Shown here in pieces: positions 20,036 through 29,754 of a stretch of DNA of 64,000 nt. Under the pieces are notes generated by a model. That model was not told the DNA's origin, searched no databases, and was given only the letters and a program-made list of their open reading frames with translations. The stretch spans positions 3,180-67,179 of the forward strand of contig JAFDDG010000009.1 of assembly GCA_019310965.1 (NCBI GenBank), in the 5' to 3' direction. The translations under genes and the position numbers were made by a program. Each line of letters starts with the position of its first letter. Position 1 is the stretch's first letter. The stretch is from Deltaproteobacteria bacterium (GTDB lineage Bacteria > Myxococcota_A > UBA9160 > SMWR01).

Positions 20036-21136
20036 TCACGGCTCGACCACGCTGCGTGCGAGTTCCCCGTCCTGAAGGGCTGCAAAGGCCTCGTTGACGC
20101 GCTCGAGCGGCAGCTTCTGGCTCACCAGCTTCTCGAGATTCAGGGCACCCTGCTGGTAGAGCCGCATGATGCGCGGGATGTCTCGCGCCGGAATGTTCTG
20201 CCCCCCCAGGCAGCCCAGCAAGCGCCGGTCCGAGAAGAGCGTGCGACTCGCGATCGTGATGGTCGCGCTCGGCGGCGGCGCCCCGACCATCACCGTCGTA
20301 CCCCCCGGCCGCGTGGCCTCGAAGGCTTGCGCCAGAACCTCCGTCGAGCCGATCACCTCGAACGCATAGTCGACGCCACCGGGCGCCAGCTCCCGGATGG
20401 CCGGGGCCAGCTCGGTGCCCTGGCTCACGTGGAGGCATTCCGTGGCCCCCAGGTCCGAAGCCAGGTCGAGCTTCACGGCCTGGGTATCGCAGGCGATGAT
20501 GCGCGCGGCCCCGGCGATGCGCGCCCCCTGGACGACGTTGAGCCCCACGCCGCCACAGCCGATCACCGCGACCGTCGCACCCGGCTTCACCTGGGCGATG
20601 TTGAGAGCGGCGCCGATGCCGGTCGTCACGCCGCAGCCGGCGAGGCAGGCGAGGTCGAGCGGGATGTCCCGATCGATCTTCACGAGCTGGGATTCGCGGA
20701 CGACCGACAGCTCGGCGAGCGAGCCCGAGCCGACCATGGGGGTGATCACCGCACCGTCGAGCGACAGGCGCGTCGTGCCGTCGGCCATGCGCCCATACAT
20801 ATTGTGCGTGCGCGTTTCGCTCCAACAGTTCGTGATGTCACCGGAGCGGCAGTCGTCGCAGCTGCCACAGGGGCCGTACAGGGCGACCACGACCGCGTCG
20901 CCGACACTGACGCCTCGCACCCCCTCCCCCACCTCTTCGACGAGGCCGGCGCCCTCGTGGCCTAGCACCATGGGCGGCGTGGCGACGGGGCTCTCGCCTT
21001 CGATGACGTGGAGATCGGAGCGGCACACGCCCGAGGCGGCTAGCCGCACCACGACCTCACCGGCGTGAGGACTCTCGACGTCGAGCTCCTCGATGACAAG
21101 GGGCTTGCCTGTTTCGTGCATCACGGCGGCGCGCAT
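20036..21136 (-). CDS. Zn-dependent alcohol dehydrogenase
   Basis: GVCRSD, GHEGAG, structural-Zn Cys cluster, GCGGVG. Confidence 0.92.
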   Translation of the reverse strand: MRAAVMHETGKPLVIEELDVESPHAGEVVVRLAASGVCRSDLHVIEGESPVATPPMVLGHEGAGLVEEVGEGVRGVSVGDAVVVALYGPCGSCDDCRSGDITNCWSETRTHNMYGRMADGTTRLSLDGAVITPMVGSGSLAELSVVRESQLVKIDRDIPLDLACLAGCGVTTGIGAALNIAQVKPGATVAVIGCGGVGLNVVQGARIAGAARIIACDTQAVKLDLASDLGATECLHVSQGTELAPAIRELAPGGVDYAFEVIGSTEVLAQAFEATRPGGTTVMVGAPPPSATITIASRTLFSDRRLLGCLGGQNIPARDIPRIMRLYQQGALNLEKLVSQKLPLERVNEAFAALQDGELARSVVEP

Positions 21137-21210
21137 GGCGGAGGCTCCTGCTGAAAGATGGGAGGATCACGATTCCCTCGAAACGGGGGACTCTGCGGGC
21201 CGAGGCCGCA

Positions 21211-22698
21211 TCAGTGCAGATCGATCCACGCGGTCTTCGTCTGCTGGTAACCGCGCAGACTCTCGAGGCCGGAGTCGCGACCGTAGCCCGAATCCTTGAC
21301 GCCGCCGAAGGGCGCCGCCCAGTGGATCATGCGGTAGGCGTTGACCCATACGGCGCCAGCCTGGATGTCGCGAACGAAGCGGTGAGCGCGCTTCAGGTCG
21401 CACGTCCACACGCCACTGGCGAGCCCGTAGGGTGTGTCGTTCGCGATGGCGAGGGCCTCGTCGTCGTCTTCGAAGGGAATCGCGCACGTCACGGGACCGA
21501 AGATCTCCTCGCGGCACACGCGCATGTCGTTGTGTGCATCGCGAAAGAGGGTCGGGGCTGCGAAGTAGCCGTTTCCCAACGCGTCGCCCGGCGCAAAGTT
21601 GTCCGCGCCGAAGCGCGCACCGAAAACCAGCTCCGCGCCCTCCTTCTGACCGATCTCGACGTAGCGCTTCACCTTCTCCAACTGCTCGTGGAACGCGATC
21701 GGGCCCATGCTGGTGGAAGCATCCAACGCATCGCCCAGGCGCACCGATGCCTCCACATGCTTCGCGATACGGTCAATCACTTCGTCGTAGATGGATGCGT
21801 GGATCAGGAGACGCGAGCCGGCCACGCAGACCTGCCCGGCACTGCCGGTGAACACCGCCTGCGTGCTTACGCCCGGAATGGCGCGATCGAGTTCGGCGTC
21901 GGCAAAAACGATGTTCGGAGACTTCCCGCCGAGCTCGAAAGTCAGCTGCTTGAGGAGCGGCGCAGAGCGCTCGGTGATGATGCGGGCGGTTTCTCCCGAG
22001 CCAGTGAGTGCGATCTTGCGAACGTCGGGATGGCGCACCAGCGCGTCGCCCACAACCTCGCCACGGCCCGAAACCACGTTGATCACGCCCGGTGGCATGC
22101 CGGCGGCGTCGAAGAGCTCGGCGATGGTGAGAATCGATGCCGCGGCCTGCTCGGCCGGCTTCAGCACGACGGTGTTGCCGGCGGCGAGCGCGGCACCCAC
22201 CTTGGCGGCGAGAATCGCGAGCGGCGAGTTCCAGGGAACGATGATGCCGCACACGCCGATCGGCTCGTGGATGGTGAAGTTGAAGCTACCGGGGCTGATC
22301 TGCACCGTCTCGCCGTGCAGCTTGTCCGCGGCGCCGGCCCAGTAGTTCAACATCTCGCACACGGCGGGCAGGTCGCCCGCACTCACCTCGGCGATGGGCG
22401 AGCCATTGTCGCGGGACTCGATCGTGGCGAGCTCTTCCGCGTGCTCAGCAACCTCCCGCGCAACACTGCGCAGATGCCCCGCGCGAGCCATTGCCGGCAA
22501 TTGGCGCCACGGGCCCTCGAAGGCGCTGCGCGCGGCGGCGACGGCGAGCTCGACGTCGGCCGCATCGCCATCCGGCACCTCGATCCAGGCCTTCGCGTAG
22601 GAGGGTTCGATGCTCTCGAGGTAGTTGCCGTTCTGCGGCGGGACGCGCCGGCCATCGATCCAGTTGTCGATTCGATGCCCTTCGAGCAGCAGCGCCAT
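21211..22698 (-). CDS. Aldehyde dehydrogenase
   Basis: PWN, ELGGKSP, GQVCVAGSR, EEIFGPV and PFGG motifs; AAGGAGG RBS. Confidence 0.93.
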   Translation of the reverse strand: MALLLEGHRIDNWIDGRRVPPQNGNYLESIEPSYAKAWIEVPDGDAADVELAVAAARSAFEGPWRQLPAMARAGHLRSVAREVAEHAEELATIESRDNGSPIAEVSAGDLPAVCEMLNYWAGAADKLHGETVQISPGSFNFTIHEPIGVCGIIVPWNSPLAILAAKVGAALAAGNTVVLKPAEQAAASILTIAELFDAAGMPPGVINVVSGRGEVVGDALVRHPDVRKIALTGSGETARIITERSAPLLKQLTFELGGKSPNIVFADAELDRAIPGVSTQAVFTGSAGQVCVAGSRLLIHASIYDEVIDRIAKHVEASVRLGDALDASTSMGPIAFHEQLEKVKRYVEIGQKEGAELVFGARFGADNFAPGDALGNGYFAAPTLFRDAHNDMRVCREEIFGPVTCAIPFEDDDEALAIANDTPYGLASGVWTCDLKRAHRFVRDIQAGAVWVNAYRMIHWAAPFGGVKDSGYGRDSGLESLRGYQQTKTAWIDLH

Positions 22699-22917
22699 CT
22701 GCATTTCCTCCTTGCGGCGAACGTCTTCGACTTCGCCAGCCAGAGATCGTCGGCACGCGCGTCTGCCAGCAGCCGCGCGTGGCCTCGGACCCGCTTCGCC
22801 AACCACGATCTCACAAATGCATGGTGTAGGGGAACCGGTCAGGCGGGTCGGCGCACATTTGAGCCCGCGGCGCACGGATTTCCGCCTTGGCCGCCGCGCA
22901 GTGCGTATCATGCCCGC

Positions 22918-24174
22918 ATGCCGCCCCAGGTGCTCGCCGGAGTCCGCATCGTCGAGGTGGCAATGTTCGCCCCCGACGCCGTGGGAATGCACCTCGCCGA
23001 TCTCGGTGCCGAGGTCATCAAGGTCGAAGCGCCGGGGATCGGCGACCCGGCGCGCCAGCTCGGCAAGCCCTACCGCGGGGAGTCGCCTGCCACCCGCCGC
23101 TGGAATCGCGGAAAACGCAGCCTGACCCTCGATCTGCGCGCCGCTGCGGGAGCCGACGTCTTCCGAGACCTGATTCAAAGCTCCGATGCCGTGGTCGAGG
23201 GCATGCGGCCCGGGTCGCTGGCGCGGCGGGGCCTCGGCTACGAAGACCTGCTGGCACTCAACCCCTGCCTCGTCTTCGCCACGATCTCGGGCTGGGGTCA
23301 GAGCGGCCCCTACCGCGACCTCGGCTCGCACGGGCTGGCCTTCGACTCCTTCGCCGGGCTGGCGCCGCCGCGCCAGGTGGATGGGCGCGCCGCCCGCCCG
23401 AAGGGCCACGTATGGCAGGGGCTCGAGGCCGCGCCCCTCTACGCGGCACTCGCGATCGTGTCGGCCATCGTTCGTGCCCGCGCGTCGGGCATGCCCTCGC
23501 TCATCGAGGTGAGTCAGGCGGACGCCGCAGCGACGTGGAACGGCTGGCGCATCGCTCACGCTGCCGCCGTCGCCGAACACGGCCGTGCTCCGAGCGACCC
23601 GGACGCCCGTGAGCTGGTCGAGGCCCTCGAGTCCTCGGCCGAGGGCGCCGGACACAGCGATCTGCCGGGAAGCGACGTCCGCTACCAGTACTACGAGGCA
23701 CAAGACGGCAGCGTCCTGCTGATGGCCACCGAGACGAAGTTCTGGGAGAATTTCTGCCGCGGCGTCGACCGGATGGATCTCTTCGAACGCTGGCCCGGCA
23801 GGCGACACGCCGACCACGACTATGGGAACGACGCCCTGCGGGACGAGCTGACGAATCTCTTTGCGACGCGAACGCGGGCGGAGTGGCTGGTGTTCTTCAT
23901 CGAGCACGACGTCGCGGGCGCGCCGGTCTACCGAGCGGGCGAGACCTTCGGCGACCCCCACTTCGAGTCGCGAGGCCTGTGGCTCGATCCACGAGTCCAC
24001 GGCGTCTCCCTGCTGGGCTCGCCGGTGCGAGTGGACGCAGAGATCGCCGTCTCGGACCGCGCTGCACCCTCGAACGGCGCCGACTCGGATGCGGTGCTGC
24101 GCGACGTGCTCGGCTACGACGAGCCGCGCATCGCCGCGCTGCGCTCGAGTGGCGCGGTGGGGGGAGCGCAATGA
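22918..24174 (+). CDS. CaiB/BaiF (family III) CoA transferase
   Basis: LADLGAEVIKVE, NRGKRSLTLDL and ISGWGQSGPY motifs. Confidence 0.9.
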   Translation: MPPQVLAGVRIVEVAMFAPDAVGMHLADLGAEVIKVEAPGIGDPARQLGKPYRGESPATRRWNRGKRSLTLDLRAAAGADVFRDLIQSSDAVVEGMRPGSLARRGLGYEDLLALNPCLVFATISGWGQSGPYRDLGSHGLAFDSFAGLAPPRQVDGRAARPKGHVWQGLEAAPLYAALAIVSAIVRARASGMPSLIEVSQADAAATWNGWRIAHAAAVAEHGRAPSDPDARELVEALESSAEGAGHSDLPGSDVRYQYYEAQDGSVLLMATETKFWENFCRGVDRMDLFERWPGRRHADHDYGNDALRDELTNLFATRTRAEWLVFFIEHDVAGAPVYRAGETFGDPHFESRGLWLDPRVHGVSLLGSPVRVDAEIAVSDRAAPSNGADSDAVLRDVLGYDEPRIAALRSSGAVGGAQ

Positions 24175-25391
24175 GCGGACCGCTGACCGGTGTGAGCATC
24201 CTCGCGGCCGAACAGATGCACGCTCTGCCCCACGCCACCCAGCTGCTCGCGCTGTTGGGCGCTGCGGTGATCAAAGTCGAGCCTCTCGGAGGTGAAGCCG
24301 GTCGCTTCGGCAAGCCCACGGTGCGCGACGCCGACGAACGCGATACCGGCATGACCTTCGTGCGCAACAACCTCGGCAAGGCCAGCATCGCCCTCGACCT
24401 GAAGGCCGCCGCCGGCCGCGAGCTCTTCTTGAAGCTGGCCGGCACGGTCGACGCCGTGGCGGAGAACTTCCGCCCGGGCACGGCCGACCGGCTGGGCATC
24501 GGCTGGGACGCCGTGCACGAGCGCAATCCCGCGGCCATCTACGTCTCGGTCTCGGGCTTCGGCAACCGCAGCGAGCCCCCCAGCCCCTACCGCGAATGGG
24601 CCGCGTACGCACCCATCGTCGAGGGCATGGCGGGCCTCTACGAGTACAGCCGCGGCGGCGACGAGCCTCCGCAGCTCGCCCTCGCGGGCGCCCTCGGCGA
24701 CACGGGACCGGGGCTCTACGCCGTCATCGGACTGCTGGCTGCGCTGCACGAGCGCAGCCGGACGGGCGTGGGGCGCTACGTCGACGTCTCCATGTACGAT
24801 GCCATGATCGCCATCGCCGACATCGTGAATCCCGCCAGCATGGGAGCCGAGCCGAGCCGCATGCTCGACGGCATCGGCATTCTCCACGCGTTTCGCGCGC
24901 AGGACGGCTGGTTCAGCATCGAGGTGGTGCGGGAGCCCCACTTCCCGCGCTTCGCGGAGGCGGTCGGTCACCCCGAGTGGGTCGACGACCCGCGTCTTGC
25001 CACGCGCGAGGGCTGGAGTGAGCAGATGGAGAGCGTGATCCGCCCCGGTGTCGAGGCCTGGGCGGCCTCGAAGACGAAGCTCGAGGCCAGCGCGGAGCTG
25101 GCGAGGAGAGGCGTCGCTGCCGGGCCCGTGAACACGGCAGAGGACATCCGCCGCGATCCACACGTGCGGGCCCGCGACTTCGTCCACAGCTTCGCGGGCG
25201 CGGACGGCGGCAAGGAGGTGGCGGTGGTCGGCAACCCCGTCGCATTTCGCGGAGGACCCGGCGAAGACGCTGCACCCCGGGCGGCGCGTTGGCCGGTCCT
25301 GGCGGGAGACACGACGAGCATCTTGTCCGGGCGCCTCGGTCTGGACGCGAACGAAATAGAAGAGCTGAGAGCACAAGGAATCATCACATGA
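24171..25391 (+). CDS. CaiB/BaiF (family III) CoA transferase
   Basis: LGAAVIKVEP, NLGKASIALDLK and ENFRPG motifs; ATGA overlap. Confidence 0.9.
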   Translation: MSGPLTGVSILAAEQMHALPHATQLLALLGAAVIKVEPLGGEAGRFGKPTVRDADERDTGMTFVRNNLGKASIALDLKAAAGRELFLKLAGTVDAVAENFRPGTADRLGIGWDAVHERNPAAIYVSVSGFGNRSEPPSPYREWAAYAPIVEGMAGLYEYSRGGDEPPQLALAGALGDTGPGLYAVIGLLAALHERSRTGVGRYVDVSMYDAMIAIADIVNPASMGAEPSRMLDGIGILHAFRAQDGWFSIEVVREPHFPRFAEAVGHPEWVDDPRLATREGWSEQMESVIRPGVEAWAASKTKLEASAELARRGVAAGPVNTAEDIRRDPHVRARDFVHSFAGADGGKEVAVVGNPVAFRGGPGEDAAPRAARWPVLAGDTTSILSGRLGLDANEIEELRAQGIIT

Positions 25392-26857
25392 GCGAAGCAC
25401 TCACCCCCGAGCAGATCCGAGAACGCATCGGTCACCCGGTGATCGACACCGACGGGCACACGACGGAATTCGTTCCGGCTCTCGCCGAATACCTGAAGGA
25501 GGTCGGGATCAGCACCGACTTCAACGAGCTGTTCAGGGGCGTCCTCGGCTCCGTCGCGGACTGGTACGAGATGACGCCGGATGAGCGCCAGCGCAAACAC
25601 ATCACCAAGCCACCGTGGTGGACGCGACCCATGCGCCGCACCCGCGACCGGGCCGCCGCGTCGTTCCCGCGCTACCTGCGGACCCGCATGGACGAGTTCG
25701 GCTGCGACGTGTCGCTCGTGTACCCCAGCACCGCGCTCGGCTTCTTTCAGCTTCGCTCCGACGAGCTTCGCCGCGGGGGCTGCCGCGCCCTGAATCGCTA
25801 CCACCGGGACGCCTTCGACGGCTGCACCGACCGGCTGATCCCCGTGGCCGCGGTCCCGACGCACACGCCTCAGGAAGCCATCGAAGAGCTCGAGTACGCC
25901 GTCGTCGACCTCGGCTTCCGCGCCGTCGTCATCCCTAGCTACGTTCCACGGCCGGTGCCCGGCTTCGAACAGGCCGACGACGACGTGCGGCGCTGGGCCT
26001 TCTGGCTCGACACCTACGGCATCGACAGCGCCCACGACTACGATCCCTTCTGGCAGCGCTGCCTCGAGCTCGGGGTGTCGCTGGGCACCCACAGCCAGGG
26101 CAACGGCTGGGGCAGCCGCCGCTCTCCCTCGAACTGGGTCTACAACCACATCGGCCACTTCGCGGCCTCCGGTGAGGCGCTCTGCAAGTCGCTCTTCCTC
26201 GGCGGCGTGACGCGTCGCTTCCCGGACCTGCGCGTGGCCCTGTTGGAAGGCGGCGTGGGGTGGGCGTGCAGTCTCTTCGGCGACCTCATCGAGCACTGGG
26301 AGACGCGGAACATCCGCACGATCCGGGAAGAGCTCGACCCGCAGCTCCTCGACCAGGCGGAGTTCCAGCGTCTCGCCGCGGAGTACGGCCCGGTCGGCCC
26401 GGCCACGCGCGAGCGAATCGAGGGAGCCGTGCTGACGACGCCCGGTCACCAGAAGGGCCGGCCAAGCGACGACGAGCTCGATGAGTTCAAGGCCCTCGAC
26501 CTGCGCGGCCCCGAGGACATCCCGGACCTCTTCCTGCCCAACTTCTACTTCGGCTGCGAGCCCGACGACCCCATGAACGTGCTCGCCTTTCAGGAGGGCC
26601 TCTGGCCCTATGGCGCCACCTTCAACGCCGTGTACGGCTCCGACTTCGGACACTTCGACGTGCCCGACATGACAGAGGTGCTCCAAGAGGCCTACCGGCC
26701 GGTCCAGAAGGGCACGCTGAAGCCCGAGCACTTCAGGGACTTCGTGTTCGCGAACCCCGTCCGCTTCTACACCGACACCAACCCCGGATTCTTTGCCGAC
26801 ACCGTAGTCGCCGATGACGTGCAGCGCCTGATCGGACCCGCTCGAGACGACGGCTGA
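25388..26857 (+). CDS. Amidohydrolase-2 family protein
   Basis: IDTDGH, LEGGVGW and GSDFGH motifs. Confidence 0.85.
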   Translation: MSEALTPEQIRERIGHPVIDTDGHTTEFVPALAEYLKEVGISTDFNELFRGVLGSVADWYEMTPDERQRKHITKPPWWTRPMRRTRDRAAASFPRYLRTRMDEFGCDVSLVYPSTALGFFQLRSDELRRGGCRALNRYHRDAFDGCTDRLIPVAAVPTHTPQEAIEELEYAVVDLGFRAVVIPSYVPRPVPGFEQADDDVRRWAFWLDTYGIDSAHDYDPFWQRCLELGVSLGTHSQGNGWGSRRSPSNWVYNHIGHFAASGEALCKSLFLGGVTRRFPDLRVALLEGGVGWACSLFGDLIEHWETRNIRTIREELDPQLLDQAEFQRLAAEYGPVGPATRERIEGAVLTTPGHQKGRPSDDELDEFKALDLRGPEDIPDLFLPNFYFGCEPDDPMNVLAFQEGLWPYGATFNAVYGSDFGHFDVPDMTEVLQEAYRPVQKGTLKPEHFRDFVFANPVRFYTDTNPGFFADTVVADDVQRLIGPARDDG

Positions 26858-26871
26858 GGAGCAGGAACGCA

Positions 26872-27741
26872 ATGAAGACCGCGGACACCATCGACTACTG
26901 GGCGAACTCGTTTCTCCCCAACCGCGAAGCGCTCTGGAACGCGGCGCTCGAAGCCCAGGGCATCCCGATCAAGATCCGAAGCGACCCGGCAGACAGCTTC
27001 GCCGACCCCGAAGCGATGATCACGCGCATGGACGAGCTCGGGATCTCGACCCTGATCCTGCCGACCTGCGACCTTCCCGATCGCACCGGCCCCTACGACT
27101 TCGAGCCGATCGCGATGCAGCCCGAAGAGACCGAGCAGCTCGCGAAGTCTTTCCCGCATCGCTTCGTTGCCGAGTGGAGCATCGATCCCAACTCCGGCAT
27201 GGCGGGCGTCGAGCGCGCCAGAGAGATGGCTGCCCATCCCTGGGTCGTCGCTCTGCATCTCCACACCCACAGCTTCGACCGGCCCTTCGATTCGCCCGAC
27301 TACTATCCATACTACGCACTCGCCAGCGAACTCGGCCTGCCCTTCGTCATGCAGGCAGGGACTTCGGGCGGACGACTCCCGAGCGCCTGCGGCCAGCCGA
27401 TTGGCATCGACCGGCCTGCCATCTACTTCCCGGCAGTCGACTTCATCCTGTCTCATACCGGCTGGCCGTGGGTCGAAGAAGCGGTCGCGATGGCCCTCAA
27501 GTTCTCGAACGTGTACCTCGGAACGGCCTCGTTTCCGCCTCGGCGCTGGAATCAGTCCCTGAAGGACTTCATTCGAGGTCCGGGCCGGCGGAAGGCGCTC
27601 TTTGGGACGAGCTTTCCGACGGTGGGCCATCGCCATGCTCTCGGACAGCTCGGCGAGCTCCAGCTCTCGGAAGAGGCCACCGCGAACCTTCTCGGAGCGA
27701 ATGCCCGCCGCATCTTCAAGCGCTTGGACAGCACGACCTAG
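26872..27741 (+). CDS. Amidohydrolase-2 family protein
   Basis: YYPYYA, HTGWPW, NVYL and LFGTSFP motifs. Confidence 0.85.
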   Translation: MKTADTIDYWANSFLPNREALWNAALEAQGIPIKIRSDPADSFADPEAMITRMDELGISTLILPTCDLPDRTGPYDFEPIAMQPEETEQLAKSFPHRFVAEWSIDPNSGMAGVERAREMAAHPWVVALHLHTHSFDRPFDSPDYYPYYALASELGLPFVMQAGTSGGRLPSACGQPIGIDRPAIYFPAVDFILSHTGWPWVEEAVAMALKFSNVYLGTASFPPRRWNQSLKDFIRGPGRRKALFGTSFPTVGHRHALGQLGELQLSEEATANLLGANARRIFKRLDSTT

Positions 27742-27788
27742 ACCCGTCGATTCAAATTCCCGCGAATCTGTGATTGAATCAGGCAGAA

Positions 27789-27876
27789 GGGGACGGTGTT
27801 GCCTTCTTGCCTTTCCAGGGCCTGTCGTCTGAGAAGGCGATCCGGGTGAGAAAGGCAAGAAGGCAACACCGTCCCC
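27789..27876. repeat. 27-bp perfect inverted repeat with a 34-nt spacer
   Basis: GGGGACGGTGTTGCCTTCTTGCCTTTC (27789-27815) and GAAAGGCAAGAAGGCAACACCGTCCCC (27850-27876). Confidence 0.9.
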
Positions 27877-27942
27877 GCCAGATCGATGCTGCTCGAGCTG
27901 CGTTCTGTTGGGCCGGGGCCGAGCAAGAGGAGAAGAACGAGC

Positions 27943-29073
27943 ATGACCGCGTCTGCACCGAGTCGCATCATTTCCGCCGATTGTCACATCAACGAACCGC
28001 CCCACGTCTTCGATGGCGTGCCGGCGGCCCTGAAGGATCGCGCTCCCAAGATGTTGCGCGGTGCAGACGGTGGAGATGGCTGGAGCTTCGATGGAAAGCC
28101 GCCCGGCCGCACCTTCGGGATCGAGGCGACGGCGGGGCGCGCGGCGGGCGACAAGAAGATGTCCGGTCTGCGTTTCGATGAGATCCTGCGGGGCAACTAT
28201 GAGGGCGCGGCCCACGTGGAGGACATGCGGACCGATGGCGTCGATGTCTCCATCGTGTATCCGGCGTATGCCGCCCAGTCCTATGCCGAGCCGGATCGCG
28301 AGCTCGCCCTGGCTTGCATGCGCTCCTACAACGACTGGATGCTGAGTGAATTTCAGGCTGCGGCGCCGGAGCACCTCCTCGGCCTTCCCATGCTTCCCGT
28401 AGACGATGGCATGGAGGTCTGCCTGGCCGAGTTCGAGCGTTGTCTCGAGGCTGGCGCGAAGGCGGGCTTCCTTCCCGGGCTTCCGACACGTCCCTATCAC
28501 GACCCGTATTACGATCCGCTCTTTGCACGGGTCTCCGAAGCGAGAATGCCTCTGACTTTCCATCGCACCTTCGGCGGAAGGCCGGCCGCGTCGGATTGGG
28601 ACGAACTCATCGGCATGAAGATCACGGCCGCGGGAACGGTCGAGCGATTCTTTTCATCCGTGCGACCCTTCAGCTACATGGTCTATGGCGGTGTGTTCGA
28701 ACGGCACCCCGGCCTCAAGATCGTCGCAGCCGAAGTGAATTTCGGGTGGCTTCCCTTCTGGGTGCAGACCATGGAGCAGAATTTCACAGTTCGTTCGGGG
28801 CTGGGGGACAGCACCGTGGCAACCCGGAAGCGACCCACCGATTACATGGGAGAGAATCTCTTCGTCACGATCATCGACGACAAGGTCGGCTTCGATCTCG
28901 TTGCCAGCTACCCCTGGCTTGCGGATACGGCGCTGTGGTCGTCCGACTACCCGCACAGCGTGTCGGCCTGGCCCAACTCGCGGAAGGTCCTGACCGAGCT
29001 CGGCTCGGCGCTCACCTCAGAGCAGCTCGAGAAGATCGCGCACGGCAATGCGGCACGGATCTATGGAGTCTGA
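27943..29073 (+). CDS. Amidohydrolase-2 family protein
   Basis: ISADCH, YNDW, FERHPGLK and WSSDYPH motifs. Confidence 0.88.
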   Translation: MTASAPSRIISADCHINEPPHVFDGVPAALKDRAPKMLRGADGGDGWSFDGKPPGRTFGIEATAGRAAGDKKMSGLRFDEILRGNYEGAAHVEDMRTDGVDVSIVYPAYAAQSYAEPDRELALACMRSYNDWMLSEFQAAAPEHLLGLPMLPVDDGMEVCLAEFERCLEAGAKAGFLPGLPTRPYHDPYYDPLFARVSEARMPLTFHRTFGGRPAASDWDELIGMKITAAGTVERFFSSVRPFSYMVYGGVFERHPGLKIVAAEVNFGWLPFWVQTMEQNFTVRSGLGDSTVATRKRPTDYMGENLFVTIIDDKVGFDLVASYPWLADTALWSSDYPHSVSAWPNSRKVLTELGSALTSEQLEKIAHGNAARIYGV

Positions 29074-29077
29074 AGCC

Positions 29078-29626
29078 ATGGAAGAGGTGAAAGTCGGAAT
29101 CGTCTATCACGTGCAGCCGGAGCCCCCGGATCCAGAGAATTGCCAGTGGCTCGAGGCCGGCGCTGTGAACTTCGGCCTCGAGTATCGAGTCGTAGACCCC
29201 GAGCGGTTGGCCAAGGCCTACGCGGGGAGCGAGGAGGACCTGGCCGAGGTGGAGGCCCACTCACCCGAGGGAGGATTCTATGGCTCCGGTGTATCGATCC
29301 ACGTCGTGGGCGCCGCCGATGGTCATGAATACCTGCGCTTCGATGCCTTCGACGATGATCCGCACTACCACTACGTGCGGCCGACGGGCGACCACAACCA
29401 CTGGGTGCCCTTCGATCCGGTCGCGGGCGGCGACATGCTGGCCTTCACCATCCGCAGCCTGCGCGAGCGCCTCGGCCCGATGCTGAGCGAGGCGGGGGGC
29501 GACGAGGTCGCCGCTCGCCTGGACCCCGCCGAGCAGGGACCGCCCATCGACGAGGTCAAACGCCTGGCCTACGAGATCCGCGACCGGCAGCGCGCTGCGG
29601 CGGCGGCCGGTGGCGGCCGCCGCTGA
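29078..29626 (+). CDS. Conserved hypothetical protein
   Basis: GVSIHV...EYLRFDAFDDDPHYHY motif; 4 nt after the upstream gene; strong codon bias. Confidence 0.75.
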   Translation: MEEVKVGIVYHVQPEPPDPENCQWLEAGAVNFGLEYRVVDPERLAKAYAGSEEDLAEVEAHSPEGGFYGSGVSIHVVGAADGHEYLRFDAFDDDPHYHYVRPTGDHNHWVPFDPVAGGDMLAFTIRSLRERLGPMLSEAGGDEVAARLDPAEQGPPIDEVKRLAYEIRDRQRAAAAAGGGRR

Positions 29627-29754
29627 CCGCCGAGAGGCTCTGCGCACCACACCGGCGGGCCGCCGCTTCCGAATTCGTGCAGACGCCCCCGCGAGACAGA
29701 CGATGGGCGGCACGGGCCGTCTCATCACCGAGGACGAGCCGCCCGTGTCGCGGC

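Noticed and set aside
21211-24174. Two fully overlapping 986-aa ORFs on opposite strands
   Set aside because: Each is a real gene (ALDH; CoA transferase) extended by a stop-free shadow of its divergent neighbour. The true starts are near 22698 and 22918.
27789-27876. 27-bp arms with a 34-nt spacer as a mini-CRISPR
   Set aside because: The arms are inverted rather than direct, there are only two, and no cas genes are present.
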